Origin: an uncultured Verrucomicrobiae bacterium
Lineage (GTDB): Bacteria > Verrucomicrobiota > Verrucomicrobiia > Chthoniobacterales > Chthoniobacteraceae
DNA length: 64,000 nucleotides
Assembly: GCA_963828525.1 (NCBI GenBank)
Contig: CAWHEP010000002.1
Coordinates: 448,001-512,000 of the forward strand
Direction of reading: 5' to 3'
Below are positions 1-11,364 of this stretch, in pieces. Under the pieces are notes generated by a model. It was not told the origin of the DNA, did not search any database, and saw nothing but the letters and a program-made list of their open reading frames with translations. Both the position numbers and the translations under genes were made by a program. Each line of letters starts with the position of its first letter. Within the stretch, counting starts at the first letter, position 1.

Positions 1-350
1 CGAGTAAAATCCAGTCCAGCCAGCTAAAGGTCCATTTCACCGTGCGGAGCGCCTCGAATCGGTATTCCGGATCGGCCACGGCCGGGATGAGAAGGAGCGG
101 GACCAGCGGAGAATGGCGGATTGGCGCAGGACCCGGCGCAGATCGCCCATGCGAGAGAGCCAAATCAGGGTCGCGATCAGATGCGCCGCCAGCGCCAGGT
201 CGCGCAGATACACGGCGCTGCCCAGGTAGAAACAGAAAGAAGCCGCTCGGGAAATAAAGCAGGGTAAGCGCCCATCCCGTATAGATGAGCAGCGAGATGC
301 CTTGCTGCGCCGGCGGCTCGTCCCGCTGAAGTTGGAAAAAGCGCGTTCAT
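1..350 (-). CDS. N-terminal part of a polytopic membrane protein, probable Wzy/O-antigen polymerase-like (truncated by window edge, frameshifted)
   Basis: Manual minus-strand reading gives hydrophobic segments GISLLIYTGWALTLLYFPSGFFLF and YLGSAVYLRDLALAAHLIATLIWL. The YLRD element also occurs near the N-terminus of 8815..10140. It lies in the EPS cluster. Confidence 0.45.
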
Positions 351-375
351 ACCGCGGCGGCCTCCTTTGGGGGCG

Positions 376-1648
376 TCACCGCGCCGATGGTCCGCCGGAA
401 GAGACGCACCACTTCATTTCCCAGCACATCCGGGTCGCAGGATGGGCGTCTTCTTTCGCGCCGGCGCGCAGGCGTTCCAGGTTTTCCGGTTGTGCCAGCA
501 GGTTGCGCACGGCCTTCTGCCAGCGCGCCGTGTCGCCCAGCGGGAGGAGCTGGCCATTCACACCCTCGCGCACCAGCTCCGGGATGCCGCCGATGCGGCT
601 GGCCAGGATGGGGAGCCCGAGCTGTTTGGCCTGGTAGGCGACCAGCGGTGAGTTCTCAAACCACAGCGAAGGGATCATGAGCGATCGCTGCGAGCCATGA
701 ATTGCCCCACCACTTCCGCGGGGACGCGCCCGGTGAATTTCACCCAGGCGCCCGGGCGTAGCGTTCCCGAGCGGTTGCAAAAGGGTCGCCGCTGCCCACC
801 ATGATGGTTCCAGGCCGCCCGGCTCGGCGGCGAGCGGCTCCAGCATGCTCAAAAGGAACTCGACCCCCTTCGGCTTCCGTGAATTGGCCCACGTACAAGA
901 GCCCGGAGCCGCGGAGCCGGCGCGGTGGTTCCGGAACTGCCTCCGGCGGCGGAGAAAAAATGAGCGGAAGCTGAATGCAGACCGCTTCCCGATGCCTGGG
1001 CAGATGCGGCCGGTAGCGCTCGAGCAGGGCCTGCGACGGCGACCAGAAGGCCAGGGGATCGATGGAGGAAAGATAGCCGCTATTTCACGAAGCCCGAGAC
1101 CGCGCAGGGAAGGTGCCGACGCGGGCAGCCTCGCCATCCTTGAACATGTTCATGTTCATGCAGAGGAACCCGAGATCGTGCAGCGTCTGCACGCACGGCA
1201 GCCTCTGCCGCCCGATTTCCCGCAGCAGGTTGTAGCCGATGCCCTGCAGGTCGTGGGTGTTCACGATATCCGGACGGAAGCGCTCGATCGCCTCCCGCAC
1301 GATCGGCTCCGCGTATGGTGTGAAATGATCCCGCGCATGCCAGAGCAGCTTGCGGTAGCAGCGCGCGTCTCGTCCGGCTTGGTAGATGGGTAGAGATTCG
1401 GAAAGAAGCGGCGCTCGATGGTGAAGCCGGCCTCGATCGGTAGAAATGCCGGCGTCCTCCCGGCTGCGGCGAACCGGTGAGCACGTGCACGTTATGTCCG
1501 GCGCGCGCCAGCCATACAGCCAGCGAATGCGCGGCCAATTCAGCCCCGCCCATAATGCAGGGAGGGAAGAGATTGGAGATGAGGAGGATGCGCAACGGGC
1601 GCTCGCAGCGCTCGCGGGCCGGCCGGATTTTTTCCAGAAAAGATGCAT
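376..1648 (-). CDS. Glycosyltransferase family 4 (ExpE7-like), frameshifted
   Basis: Fragments LRILLISNLFPPCIMGGAELAAHSLA, RPDIVNTHDLQGIG, TLHDLGFLC, KGVEFLL and PSLWFENSPLVAYQAKQLGLPILASRIGGIPELV across ORFs 1080..2162, 1085..2569 and 376..1137. Confidence 0.85.
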
Positions 1649-3175
1649 CAGTCTGGTGTGCGCGGCGGCGCACGCCCTCCAGCGCACGCGGTAGCTCCAG
1701 AGCTCCGCGGTCAGGCGGGGATTTAAAAATCCGGTCGGCGGCGATGTAGGTGATCGCTCCCGCCAGCACCGAAGCCGGGAGCAGAGGAGAGGGGGAGAGC
1801 GGGCAGCCGGATCGCGCAGCAGCCAGACCACCGCGGCCATGAGCGGCCGCCGCCGCGGCCTGCGGGGAGAGAAGCCGGAGAAAACTGCACGGGGTGAAAA
1901 CCCGGCCATGCGGCGCAGCACGGCCAGCTCCAGGGGGTAGAGAAGCAGCGCCGCGCAAGGCGTATCCGATGGCGACCGCGGAAGGCCCCCAATGGATCGC
2001 AACGGTGAAGACCGCGAGGTTGGCCACGGCATGCGCGGTGGCGAGTCGGAGCAGGCTTGTGGATGCCCGCGCGCGAGCAGCGCCGATTGATGAACGGTGG
2101 AAAGAGCCTCCAGCGGGCAGGCGAGCAGCAGAGCCTGCATGACGGGCACCGCTGGCGCCCATTTGGTCCCGAGGAAGAGCGCGATGACATCCGGCGCCAC
2201 GAGCGCGAGCCCCACCGCCACGGGCAGGATGAGCGCGCTCTGCATTTCCACAGCTTCATAAACGGTCGCCTTGAAGCGCGCCTCCTCGTTTTGCAAACGG
2301 GAGAGTACCGAAACCGTGACCCGGCCGAAGGAACGGATGAGCACTTCGCTCACCAGCATGGCCACCCGCGAGCCCACGGAATAGAAGCCGCCGAGCACAG
2401 GGCCGAAAAACCGGCCCACGAAAAGTTGATCCGAGCGGCGGTTCACCAGCCCGACGAGGTCGGACCAAAGCAAATGGACGCCGAAGCGCAGGAGCCGCTT
2501 CGCCCGTTGCGCGGAGAAGTGGAGGCGGGGGCGCCAGGAGGTCGCGCTCCAGAGGAGGACGAAATTCAAAAGCCAGATGGTGAGCTGCTGGGCGACCAGG
2601 CTCCAGGCCCCGCGCCCCTTTGATCGCGCAGAGAACGGCCACGATGCCGCCGCCCAAATAAGAGAGAAACGTGCGCGAGGCGAGCTGCCGGAAGCGCATT
2701 TCGCGCGTCGAGCAGGTTATTCGGCACATCCGTCAGCGCCGCGAGCAGGAGCACGGGGGAAAGGCCGCGCAGGACCGGGCCAAGCCCGGGGGTCCGGATC
2801 CAGGCTTCGGCAGTTCGCACCCGCGCATCGTGAGGAGGACGAGACGGCGCCCACGCCCAGGTTGATCCAGAAAATCGTGTCCAGATGCAGTTCGTCCAGG
2901 TCTTCGAATTGCAGGATCGCCTGTCCCAGCCCTTGAAAAATCAAATACTGCGCCACCAGCACGATAGATCGTCGCCACGGCGATCACGCCGAAATCGCGC
3001 CGGCGAAAGAAGCCGCGCCAGAAGCGAGGAAAACCAGAAACGACACGCCCTGGCCGCCGAAGCTCTCCAGTGCCGACCAGGTGGCTCCGCGCACCGCCCC
3101 CACACGTCCGGTCTCCGTCGGCCGGGGCGTGCCGATCACCGGGTTCGCGGGCAGGGATTTGCTCAGGACAGGCAT
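1647..3175 (-). CDS. wzx: Wzx-type polysaccharide flippase (WzxC/ExoT-like), frameshifted
   Basis: GAVRGATWSALESFGGQGVSFLVF, GLGQAILQ..LDTIFWINL, RLLRFGVHLLWSDLVGLVNRRSDQLFVGRFFG and ALFLGTKWAPAVPVMQAL; multiple TM segments. Confidence 0.85.
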
Positions 3176-3221
3176 CGGTGACCCTTCTGGAATGCGCCGG
3201 CGAAGTCGGTGGGAAATTCGT

Positions 3222-4322
3222 TCACAGCCATTTGGAAAGCGTCGCGGTGACATCGTCCACCGGCAGGAATTTCATGCAGGGCGTGACATTCGCGGGGAAT
3301 TCAAATCCCAGGTTGAGATACCCTCTCTGGCCCTCGCGCGGCGCCAGCGCCACGGTCTTTGCTCCAATGGGTCCCCAGCGATCCGGATTCGTAGGCCCGT
3401 GCAGGCCGATCGTCGCCACATCGATCAGCGCGGCCAGATGCATAATGCCCGTATTCACGCTGACCACGGCCTCCGCGCCTTTGAGGATCAGCACCGTCTC
3501 CGCGATGCTGCATTTTCCCGCGTACGATCTCGCCTGCAAATCCGGTTCGCGGGCGAGCAACGCCTTGAGCAGGCGTTCGCCCGGGCCGGCGTCTTCCTTG
3601 CCTCCCGTAATCACCACCGCCAGTTTCCTCCGGTGGCACCAGGCCCCCAATGCACACCAGTAGTCAGAAGGCCATTCCTTCAATTGTTTTCCGCTGCCGC
3701 TGGCCCACGGATGAAAGACCACATAGCGGCCCGCCGGCAAATCCGCCGGCGGCGATCCCGCCGGAATGGTAAGGCTGTGATCCCAAGACTCACTGTCCGC
3801 GCAGGGGCTCAGTAGCGCGCGCTGGTTCAACAGCTCATGCCGCGTATTGGAATGCGGCACGGCGGCGTCGTAAGCGAAGTGCCGGGCCTGTCCCTGGGTG
3901 CGGAAACCAATGGTGAACATGGCTCCGGAAAGCGCGACCAGCAGGGCGTTGATGCGCGGCCAGCTTCCGTAGTCGATCAGGACATCCGGCCGCAACTCGC
4001 GCAATTGCGCCAGCGCGCGCCACGGCTCCAGCACTTGCACGACCTTGATCTCATCGACCGGTGGGAGCAGATCCGCCGCCCTTCTGTTATCCGGGCCCAG
4101 CGCGAGGGTCAGCCTGGCCTGCGGCCAGTGCTCCCTGATCAGCCGGATCGCACCTGCCATGAATAGGGTGTCGCCGATGGCCGCCGTCTGCAGGAGGACT
4201 ACGCTGCGCACGCGGGCCGGCAGCTTCCTGCGGCGCCGCAGGAGACCCAGCACCCAGAGCAGGGGCACGCCCAGCATGAAATCCATCTGCCGGCGAAAGC
4301 TGGAGCCGCGTTGTCCTCTCAT
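3222..4322 (-). CDS. Glycosyltransferase family 9 (heptosyltransferase fold)
   Basis: LLQTAAIGDTLF, VFHPWASGSGKQLKEWP, VSVNTGIMHLAALIDVATIGLHGPTNPDRWGP are GT9 hallmarks. Confidence 0.9.
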   Translation of the reverse strand: MRGQRGSSFRRQMDFMLGVPLLWVLGLLRRRRKLPARVRSVVLLQTAAIGDTLFMAGAIRLIREHWPQARLTLALGPDNRRAADLLPPVDEIKVVQVLEPWRALAQLRELRPDVLIDYGSWPRINALLVALSGAMFTIGFRTQGQARHFAYDAAVPHSNTRHELLNQRALLSPCADSESWDHSLTIPAGSPPADLPAGRYVVFHPWASGSGKQLKEWPSDYWCALGAWCHRRKLAVVITGGKEDAGPGERLLKALLAREPDLQARSYAGKCSIAETVLILKGAEAVVSVNTGIMHLAALIDVATIGLHGPTNPDRWGPIGAKTVALAPREGQRGYLNLGFEFPANVTPCMKFLPVDDVTATLSKWL

Positions 4323-5403
4323 GGCGCGCATCCTTCACTGTAAAGCGCGAAGGTCGCATCGACCATGCCTTGTGCGGAAAACTCCTGCTCGGCCCGCCGC
4401 CGGCCCGCCGCGGAAAGTTTGCGCCAATACTCCGGGTCATCCGCCAAGCGCGACAACGCTGCCGCCGCGCCGGCCGGCTCCGACAATTTAAAGAGCACGC
4501 CGTTAACATCAGTGGCGACGGCATCGCGGTTTCCATCCACGTCGGTGGCGATCACCGGCACGCCGTGTGCCATCGCTTCGAGCAAGGCCAGGGGCAGCCC
4601 TTCCCAGCGGGAGGTCGAAATCACGCAAAACGCCGTCTCCAGGTACTTGCCGATGCTGGAGACATTGCCGGCAAACTCGACTGCGCCGCGACGCCTGCCC
4701 GGCGAAGTTCTTGCTCGAAGGCGGCGCGTCCGTCGCCATCGCCCAGGATCAAGAAGCGAAATCGTTCCAGTTCTCCGCTCTTCTTCAGCGCCTCCAAGAT
4801 TCCGGTCAGGAGTTCGCTGTTCTTCTGGTAGACGAAGCGCGTGACATGGATGACCGGGAACGGCGGCCCTGGCCTCTCGCGGCTTTCTAACAGCGGCGGA
4901 AGCGAGACTCCGTTCACGATCGTGACAATGCCGTCGCGCTTGCCGCAAATTCCGAGCAAGTTGCGCTTTTCGCTGTCCGAAACTGCGATGATCTTAGTCG
5001 AGAAAAACGAGAGAACATACTCCATAACTCCGTCGCAAAGTGTCTTGAAGCTCTGCACGGGCATGGCGCCGTGCGGGGTGTAGTAGCACTGAAAGCCCTT
5101 GAGCAAAGCGATCGTCCTGCCGTAGAGCCCCGCCGCTCGGCCGTGCGCATGAACGGTTCGGACGTGACGGTCTTTCATCTGCTTCAGGATCGCCGAGAGA
5201 GCCGTGAGGCTGAATTTGCGGCGCGGAATCCTCACCATGTTGCCAAGACCGACGATCTCGCCGAACCGCGTCCAGTAGGGCTCTTCCTCCGGGCAGGCCA
5301 CGTGGATTTCCATGCGGTCGCGCATTCCGGATACCAGCCGGTAAACGTGCTCCGGTCCTCCGCTGACATCTGCGCGCCCGGTAATCATCAGGATACTCTT
5401 CAT
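4319..5403 (-). CDS. Glycosyltransferase family 4, frameshifted near 4670
   Basis: SGGPEHV, VHAHG, YTPHG, RFVYQKN and STSRWEGLPLALLEAMAHGVPVIATDVDGNRD (ORFs 4621..5403 and 4319..4948). Confidence 0.9.
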
Positions 5404-6590
5404 CGCTGCAAGGCGCGGGCTTCCTCGTAAATCCCTCTATACTGCCCTGCGATGGAATCAGCCGAAAAATTCCGGGCGGCTTCCAGGCAATGGGAGCGCA
5501 TCCCTTCACACTCCGCCCGTGTCAGGCGGCTGAGCACCGCCGAGAATTCCTGCGGATCTTCGGGCTCGAACAGGAACCCCGTTTTCCCCTCCTCCACGAT
5601 TTCCGGTTGCCCCCCGCGGCGGCTCGCGACCACCGGGACGCCGAAGGAATAGGCCTCGAATAAAATCCGCGGCAACGGCTCCTGCCAAAGCGCCGGAAGA
5701 ACCAGGGCATCGATGCGGGAAAGAAGATTTTCTGGAGGCACAAAGCCCATGAACTCGATGCGCGATCCCGCGAATCTTTCTCTCAGCTTGGCTTCGTATT
5801 CCCCGTCCCCCTTGCCGGCCACCAGCAACTGCGCCTCTTTGCCCGGCAGCCTGGTGAAAACCTCCGCGAGTTGTTCGAAACCCTTGGAAGGATGCAACTG
5901 CCCCAGGTACCCCAGCCTAAGCGGTCCCACTTTGGCAGGAAACTCCGCCTTTTGGGTAAGAGGGCGCTCATAGATGTTATAGACGACTCGCGCGATCTCC
6001 GCGTGGCGAAAGTACCCGGCTTTCAGGTGGCGATCCAAAGTATACCGGCTTACTCCCACCACTGCCCGCACGCGTTGCGATCTCGCCTTGCGGATCACGC
6101 TGAAGGCGGCGCACGGCGTGCATTGTCCCACGCAATTTTGTCCGTTCTCAAACATCCTCGACTTGGGGCAGAGCAGGTAATAGTCGCGAAGGGTATGCAC
6201 CACCGGCACGTTCTCCTTGCGGGCGGCGTCCCACACGGCGGCCGAAAATCCCCCGATGGTATTGGTGTGCAGGACTTCGGCTTTTTGACTCCGGAGGAAG
6301 CTCCTCACCTTTGCCGCCATCATTGGGTTATAGGTATCGACGGCGTGCCAGGCCAGCTTCACTGCCTGGTTAGAGGGGGCTTGGGGCCACCGGTAGACAT
6401 TGACTTGCGGCAGGTAGTGAACCTTTACGCCATTGATGCAGCTTGAGGATTCATCCCCGGTGGCGGCGCTGGTGAGGACGGAAACATCATGGCCGTCCCG
6501 CGCCATCTTCTCAGCCAGCGCCTGCACGGACCGCTCCGCACCGCCCCGGATGTTCGGCTCGTACAAGGTATTCAGGTAGACGATCTTCAT
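5400..6590 (-). CDS. Glycosyltransferase family 4 (ExpE7-like)
   Basis: MKIVYLNTLYEPNIRGGAERSV, HTLRDYYLLCPK, GQLHPSKG and WQEPLPRILFEAYSFGVPVVASRRGGQPE. Confidence 0.92.
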   Translation of the reverse strand: MKIVYLNTLYEPNIRGGAERSVQALAEKMARDGHDVSVLTSAATGDESSSCINGVKVHYLPQVNVYRWPQAPSNQAVKLAWHAVDTYNPMMAAKVRSFLRSQKAEVLHTNTIGGFSAAVWDAARKENVPVVHTLRDYYLLCPKSRMFENGQNCVGQCTPCAAFSVIRKARSQRVRAVVGVSRYTLDRHLKAGYFRHAEIARVVYNIYERPLTQKAEFPAKVGPLRLGYLGQLHPSKGFEQLAEVFTRLPGKEAQLLVAGKGDGEYEAKLRERFAGSRIEFMGFVPPENLLSRIDALVLPALWQEPLPRILFEAYSFGVPVVASRRGGQPEIVEEGKTGFLFEPEDPQEFSAVLSRLTRAECEGMRSHCLEAARNFSADSIAGQYRGIYEEARALQR

Positions 6591-6600
6591 CACGCGCCGG

Positions 6601-8779
6601 TTAGGGAGAGGAAACTTGAAGCAATACGGATTGCATGGGGGCCAGCTCGATTGTGCTCCCGCTGATTTTGTTGCCTTGCAGGAGATCAACCGCGCTGCCG
6701 GAGACCGGAATGTTGACGGTCTGGGATTGATTCAGGAGGTTGGTCATTGGAACCAGAGTCCCCGCCGCTGCCGGCACTGTACGGTACTCGATTCCCCATG
6801 CCGGAGTGCCTTGGTCCGCCATGGTCAGTTTTGCCAGGGGATATCCCTGGGTGGCCAGAAACGCCGAGAGAGCCGCGGAAAAATCGCTGTCTTTTACGGA
6901 GCCCGTCCAGTCGATGGCGGAAGCAGGAAGCGTCTCGCCGCGCGTGCGGCCATATTCATCGAAAGCGGCATTATTCGCCCCCATTGCCAGCAGTTTTCCG
7001 TCATTTTTGACAAAGGCGAGCAGACCGGCGAAAGCTTTCTCAGTCACATGGGTCGCGCGGGGAAGGATCAGCCATTGCACGTTTTGGTTGGCCGCGGAGC
7101 GGTTTCCGGAGACGAGCTGATTTTCACTGATGAAAGTAATGGGCTGGCCCAGGAAATTGAGAGCACTGTAGGCGGCGGCGGCGGCCTTGGGGTAGTCGCC
7201 TTCCCAGAAGAGGGAGGGGACGGAGTAAAGAATGGCGATCTTGGCTGGATTCGCATTCACCGCCGACAATTCCGCGGCCAGGCGGTTCGCATCGAGCATC
7301 GCGGCGCCGGCTGCGTAGGCGTTGGCTGGCCGAAAGTAAATGCTGCCATGGAGATCCGGTGCGAAGGCTTCCTCCCAGGTCCACACGGCCGTCGCCGCCT
7401 GGTGGTGCAGGCTTCCCTGCCACAGGACACAGTGGGTGTGCTCAGGCGCCACATGAGTAGCGGGAGTGCGGTCCGCAATGAGATGGTTCTCCGAATTGAA
7501 AACCGGCTGGCTCCGAAAGGAGTAAAGAAGGTCATACCACATTTCCTCCGTCTGCCAGTTATAAGCATAGCCGTTGGTGGCGCCCGGAAAGGCCCAGCAA
7601 TCGTTCCCCGCCAGGTCGGTGATCTGGCAAATCAACTCCGGATCGATTCCGTAGGAAAGACGAGTCCGGTCGAAGATATATGCCATGATCTTGACATGCG
7701 TCGGCACGCTGGGAGCCACGGCTTTGACGGTGGCGTTCATCCAGCTAAACCAGGCGGCAAAATGTTCCTGGTTGAAGCGAACCCAATCGTAGTAGCTCCG
7801 TGCCGCATTTAAATTGCCCGGCATTTCGGGTTCGGGCACTGGAACCTGATCGAAACTGGCAAACTGCGTTCCATACAGCGTATTCAGGTCGGCAATGGTG
7901 GGATGGTGATCCTGCAAGTATTGAGTCCACGCGGCACGGCTGTATGGATCCCGTCCGCTCAGTTGGTAAGTAGGCTCGTTCTCCAGGCAAACCCCGAACA
8001 GGGCCGGCGAATCTTTAATGACCGGCAGAAAAGCAGTCAGCCATTCCTGGATGACCTGGCGCGCCACCGGGTGGTCGATGTTGAACTTGATAGCTCCGAT
8101 GGCATCCTTGTTTTGGATATCTGCGGCCTTCTTCATGGCCCAGGCGGGAAAGTAATGCGGCGAGAGGAGAACATCCACTTTGACTCCGGCCTTGGCGCCG
8201 CTTCCCAAGGTTGTCTTGATCGACAAAGCTTCCGCCGAGAGGGTCCCGTTAGAGTTCATATCCCGCGGCCCGCGCTCTTGCTCCACTAGGTCGCTTCCCA
8301 GGCGCCATAGGAGCGGAATCTCCTTGCCCGCGGTCGCGAAATGGCCAAAGCCGGAATATGAAAACGACTTCAAATCGACCGCCCCGGCGCCAGGCCGCGG
8401 AACGGCCGCTCCTTCGCCTGGGTTTTGCAGGCGCTGCGTCATGTCGTCGATAATGGAATTGACTTCCTGGACCTGCAGCCGGGCTCCACGGCGGGGTTTG
8501 TTGTGGATTGGGCGGAACTTGTTCGATCCTGTTTAGGAAGCGGGTGACCAAGGCAGACCCGAGATTTAGGTAGGGGTCGTTCTGAAGGTTCGGATGGGCT
8601 TCCAAGGCATCCCGCCAGTGGTCGAACCTTCCCCTTGCCACTTCCGGATCATTTACCCGGTAGTCCGGCGGCACCGTGGGCTGTGCGCCAAGGTTAAAGG
8701 ATAGAAGCAACCCCAGAATTCCTGCCACCGAAGTGCGGGCCCTTCGCAGGACTCGTCGAAAATACTTTCGCATGAGCAC
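6601..8779 (-). CDS. Secreted glycoside hydrolase, GH42 beta-galactosidase-like (frameshift near 8450-8500)
   Basis: Signal peptide MRKYFRR..GILGLLLSFNLGAQ, PHYFPAW, LENEPTY (clan GH-A NEP), LNTLYGTQFASFDQVPVP, YYDWVRF, FNSENH and a C-terminal KIAILYS trimerisation-like domain. Confidence 0.75.
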
Positions 8780-8814
8780 CTATCTTTGCCGAAGATTCGC
8801 GGCGAAAGCTCCGG

Positions 8815-10140
8815 TCACGGAAGATGCTCCTTTCGCGATAGATAGACAGGCCGCTCTTCCCACTCTGAATCGTCCTCTGGAAGTTCCTCTTCAGACAGAG
8901 AATCGAAATCCTCCTCCTCATCTTTCTCTGCAAAGAAGGTCGTTGAAGCCGTCAGGAGCAGGAAAGCGATTTCCGGGGTGTTCAAGGTAACTCCCGTGGC
9001 GAAGAAAAACGCGCCGCAAACCAGCGGGAAGACATGTTCCTGGGCATCGGTTAGCTTGGAGTACCAGCCCCTCATCAAGACCGAAAAGATAAGGACTGCG
9101 CCGACGATGCCGAACGTCACCAGGATAAAAATGAAGAAGCTGTCGGCGGGGTTATAGATCTCCGGCTCAAAATGTTTCTGGCCGGAACCGATCCCGCCGA
9201 TGCCGCGGCCCAGCAGATACGAGCCTTGTTCCTTCAGCAGGTAAAGCGCATCGCGCCAGACTTCATTTGCACGCGTGGTAAAGGATTGCGTGTTGGACAT
9301 GCCGCCGCCGCCCACATCGGCGATGAAATCGAGAACCGCGGGGAATTTCATCCCCAATGTCGCGAGGATTGCGGACAGCAGCGGGATGGGCAGGAGAAAC
9401 CATCGCAAGCTTCTCAAGGGCCTTGAGTCGACCACCATCCACACCAGCACGGCCACGGAAAAGCCAATCAAAGGACTGCGCGCCGTCGTCAGGAGCATCG
9501 CCATCAAAGAAGCGGCAACGTAAAGGAGCTGCATCGGACGCCGCCGGGTGGCGCAAAGCAACGCGAGCCCGAACAAGCCCACATGGCTGGCCGCGTCCGC
9601 GGAGTTGCGGGCCAGGCCCCCGACTCGGTCTTCGCCGTCGATCGTCCATTGCCGCTGCCCTTCGATGGCCGCATCGCCGATATCGTAAGTGAATCCCGCC
9701 CAGGGGAGATTTACGCTGGCACTGAGGCCGACGCCCGCCGCGGCGGCGAACCAAAGCAGAAAGATCCACTTAAAGTATTTTCTCGCCTGCAGGAATCCCG
9801 ACTTGATGGCCACCCCGGCGAAGAGCGGCAGGAAACTCTTGAGGCCAAATAACGATTGCGCCCAATTTTTGCTGAATGATTCGCCGACGGCGGTCCAGAA
9901 TACAGCTCCCAAGGCCATAATCATGACAATGCGAAGAGTGCGCCGGTCGCCCGTGGAGAGAGCGTGAAGCAGGCCCAGCCCCAACCCGAGGAACAGGACG
10001 ACATCCCGCAGATACAAAAGCATCTCCAAATGGACTCCGGCCAGGATCCAGCGGATCGCCCCTTCGCCGACATTGATGAAGCAGTACAGCCAGGCGCAAA
10101 ACTCGGCGGCTGGGAGATAGTTCCTGGAAGATTGTTTCAT
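8815..10140 (-). CDS. wzy: Wzy polymerase / O-antigen ligase-like membrane protein
   Basis: Roughly 10-12 TM segments, RVGGLARNS, LTTARS, LLGRGIGGIG and ADSFFIFILVTFGIVG; EPS context. Confidence 0.7.
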   Translation of the reverse strand: MKQSSRNYLPAAEFCAWLYCFINVGEGAIRWILAGVHLEMLLYLRDVVLFLGLGLGLLHALSTGDRRTLRIVMIMALGAVFWTAVGESFSKNWAQSLFGLKSFLPLFAGVAIKSGFLQARKYFKWIFLLWFAAAAGVGLSASVNLPWAGFTYDIGDAAIEGQRQWTIDGEDRVGGLARNSADAASHVGLFGLALLCATRRRPMQLLYVAASLMAMLLTTARSPLIGFSVAVLVWMVVDSRPLRSLRWFLLPIPLLSAILATLGMKFPAVLDFIADVGGGGMSNTQSFTTRANEVWRDALYLLKEQGSYLLGRGIGGIGSGQKHFEPEIYNPADSFFIFILVTFGIVGAVLIFSVLMRGWYSKLTDAQEHVFPLVCGAFFFATGVTLNTPEIAFLLLTASTTFFAEKDEEEDFDSLSEEELPEDDSEWEERPVYLSRKEHLP

Positions 10141-11348
10141 AAGGGTACGGCGATGGGTGCGGGCTCCGGCGGCGCCGAGGGGGCAGGGGACCGCATGGCC
10201 TTTTCAAGTGGGGTAAAAGTCATTCCAGCGCACTTGTCCCAGGTAAACTTCGCTGCCCAGTCCCTTCCTTGTTTTCCCATCGAGGCATGCAAAGAATCGT
10301 CCGTCAGCAGCTTCTCGAGAGCGTGGCTCAGCGCCTCCACGTCTCCCTCTGGAATCAGCAGGCCGGTTTGCTGGTCCTGGACCACCTCGCCCACCGCGCC
10401 GCTGCGAAAACCGACCGCCGGCGTCCCCTGAGCCGCCGCTTCCAGATAGGCGAGTCCGAAACCTTCCACGCGGCGGGGCATGGCCAGCGCCGGCAGGCAA
10501 AACACCCGCGCCAGCCGGTAAAGCGCGCGTACGTCGCTCTCCGAGATCTTCCCGGTCAGGATCACCGGGAATGGGGCTGCCGCCGCCAGCACTTGCAACC
10601 GTTCGTGATATTCCCGATCGATGGCTGTGCCGGCAATTACGTAACAGAAATCGCGGATTCCCCTTTGCCAGAGCCGGTCCAAAGCTTCCAATGTCAGCAG
10701 ATGTCCCTTGCGTTCCTCCAAGCGGGCCAGCGTAAGAACAATTTTGACGCCTTTGGCTTTCTCCAGGTGGCGCGCCGCTAAGTCCACTTCGCCCCGGGTA
10801 GGTTCCGCAAACCAATAAGAACTGACGCCCAGATGTGTCACCAGGGATTTCTCCGCTGGAAGAGCGGGAAAGTTAGCGTGCAGCATCTCCCGGGTAAATT
10901 CGCTGTTGCATGCGACGCGCGCGCACAGCGCATAAGGATCTCCTTTTACCATTAATTTGGCCGATCCCGACTCGGAGAGGCTGATGACGTCCGTGCCATG
11001 CGCCGTGCACTGAAAACGGAGGGGACGAAGCCGCGCAGACGCGCCCAAGGCAATGGCATAGGGCAAATCCGCGGCATGAATGACATCCCATGGTTCTTTC
11101 GCCACAAATCGCATAACCTCCATCATCATGGCAGGCAGCCGCGAGGTGCGGTAAAGACCGGCCTTCTGGCGATATACCGTAAAGCCCTCCTCCTCATCTT
11201 TCAGCGTTTCGCGCCTCTGCCCGTAATCGGGAGCAACCACGGAAACCTGATGTCCCGCGCGCACGGCTGCCCGCGCCATTTCTAGCGCATAGCGCCCGAT
11301 TCCACCGGGGTACGGCGCAAACTCATGGGTGAACATCAGAATTTTCAT
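10137..11348 (-). CDS. Glycosyltransferase family 4 (PimA/PimB-like)
   Basis: MKILMFTHEFAPYPGGIGRY, TAHGTD, LARLEERKG and VEGFGLAYLEAAAQGTP. Confidence 0.92.
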   Translation of the reverse strand: MKILMFTHEFAPYPGGIGRYALEMARAAVRAGHQVSVVAPDYGQRRETLKDEEEGFTVYRQKAGLYRTSRLPAMMMEVMRFVAKEPWDVIHAADLPYAIALGASARLRPLRFQCTAHGTDVISLSESGSAKLMVKGDPYALCARVACNSEFTREMLHANFPALPAEKSLVTHLGVSSYWFAEPTRGEVDLAARHLEKAKGVKIVLTLARLEERKGHLLTLEALDRLWQRGIRDFCYVIAGTAIDREYHERLQVLAAAAPFPVILTGKISESDVRALYRLARVFCLPALAMPRRVEGFGLAYLEAAAQGTPAVGFRSGAVGEVVQDQQTGLLIPEGDVEALSHALEKLLTDDSLHASMGKQGRDWAAKFTWDKCAGMTFTPLEKAMRSPAPSAPPEPAPIAVPL

Positions 11349-11364
11349 GTGATTCCCCCGCGCA

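Noticed and set aside
1080..2569. Apparent flippase-glycosyltransferase fusion
   Set aside because: A TGATG junction near 1646-1650 and frame switching indicate two separate genes.
6616..7812. 398-aa plus-strand ORF, and similar long antisense ORFs such as 23869..25512, 41784..43097, 49423..50715 and 55393..56457
   Set aside because: They are shadows of well-supported genes on the opposite strand, expected at high GC, and carry no recognisable motifs.
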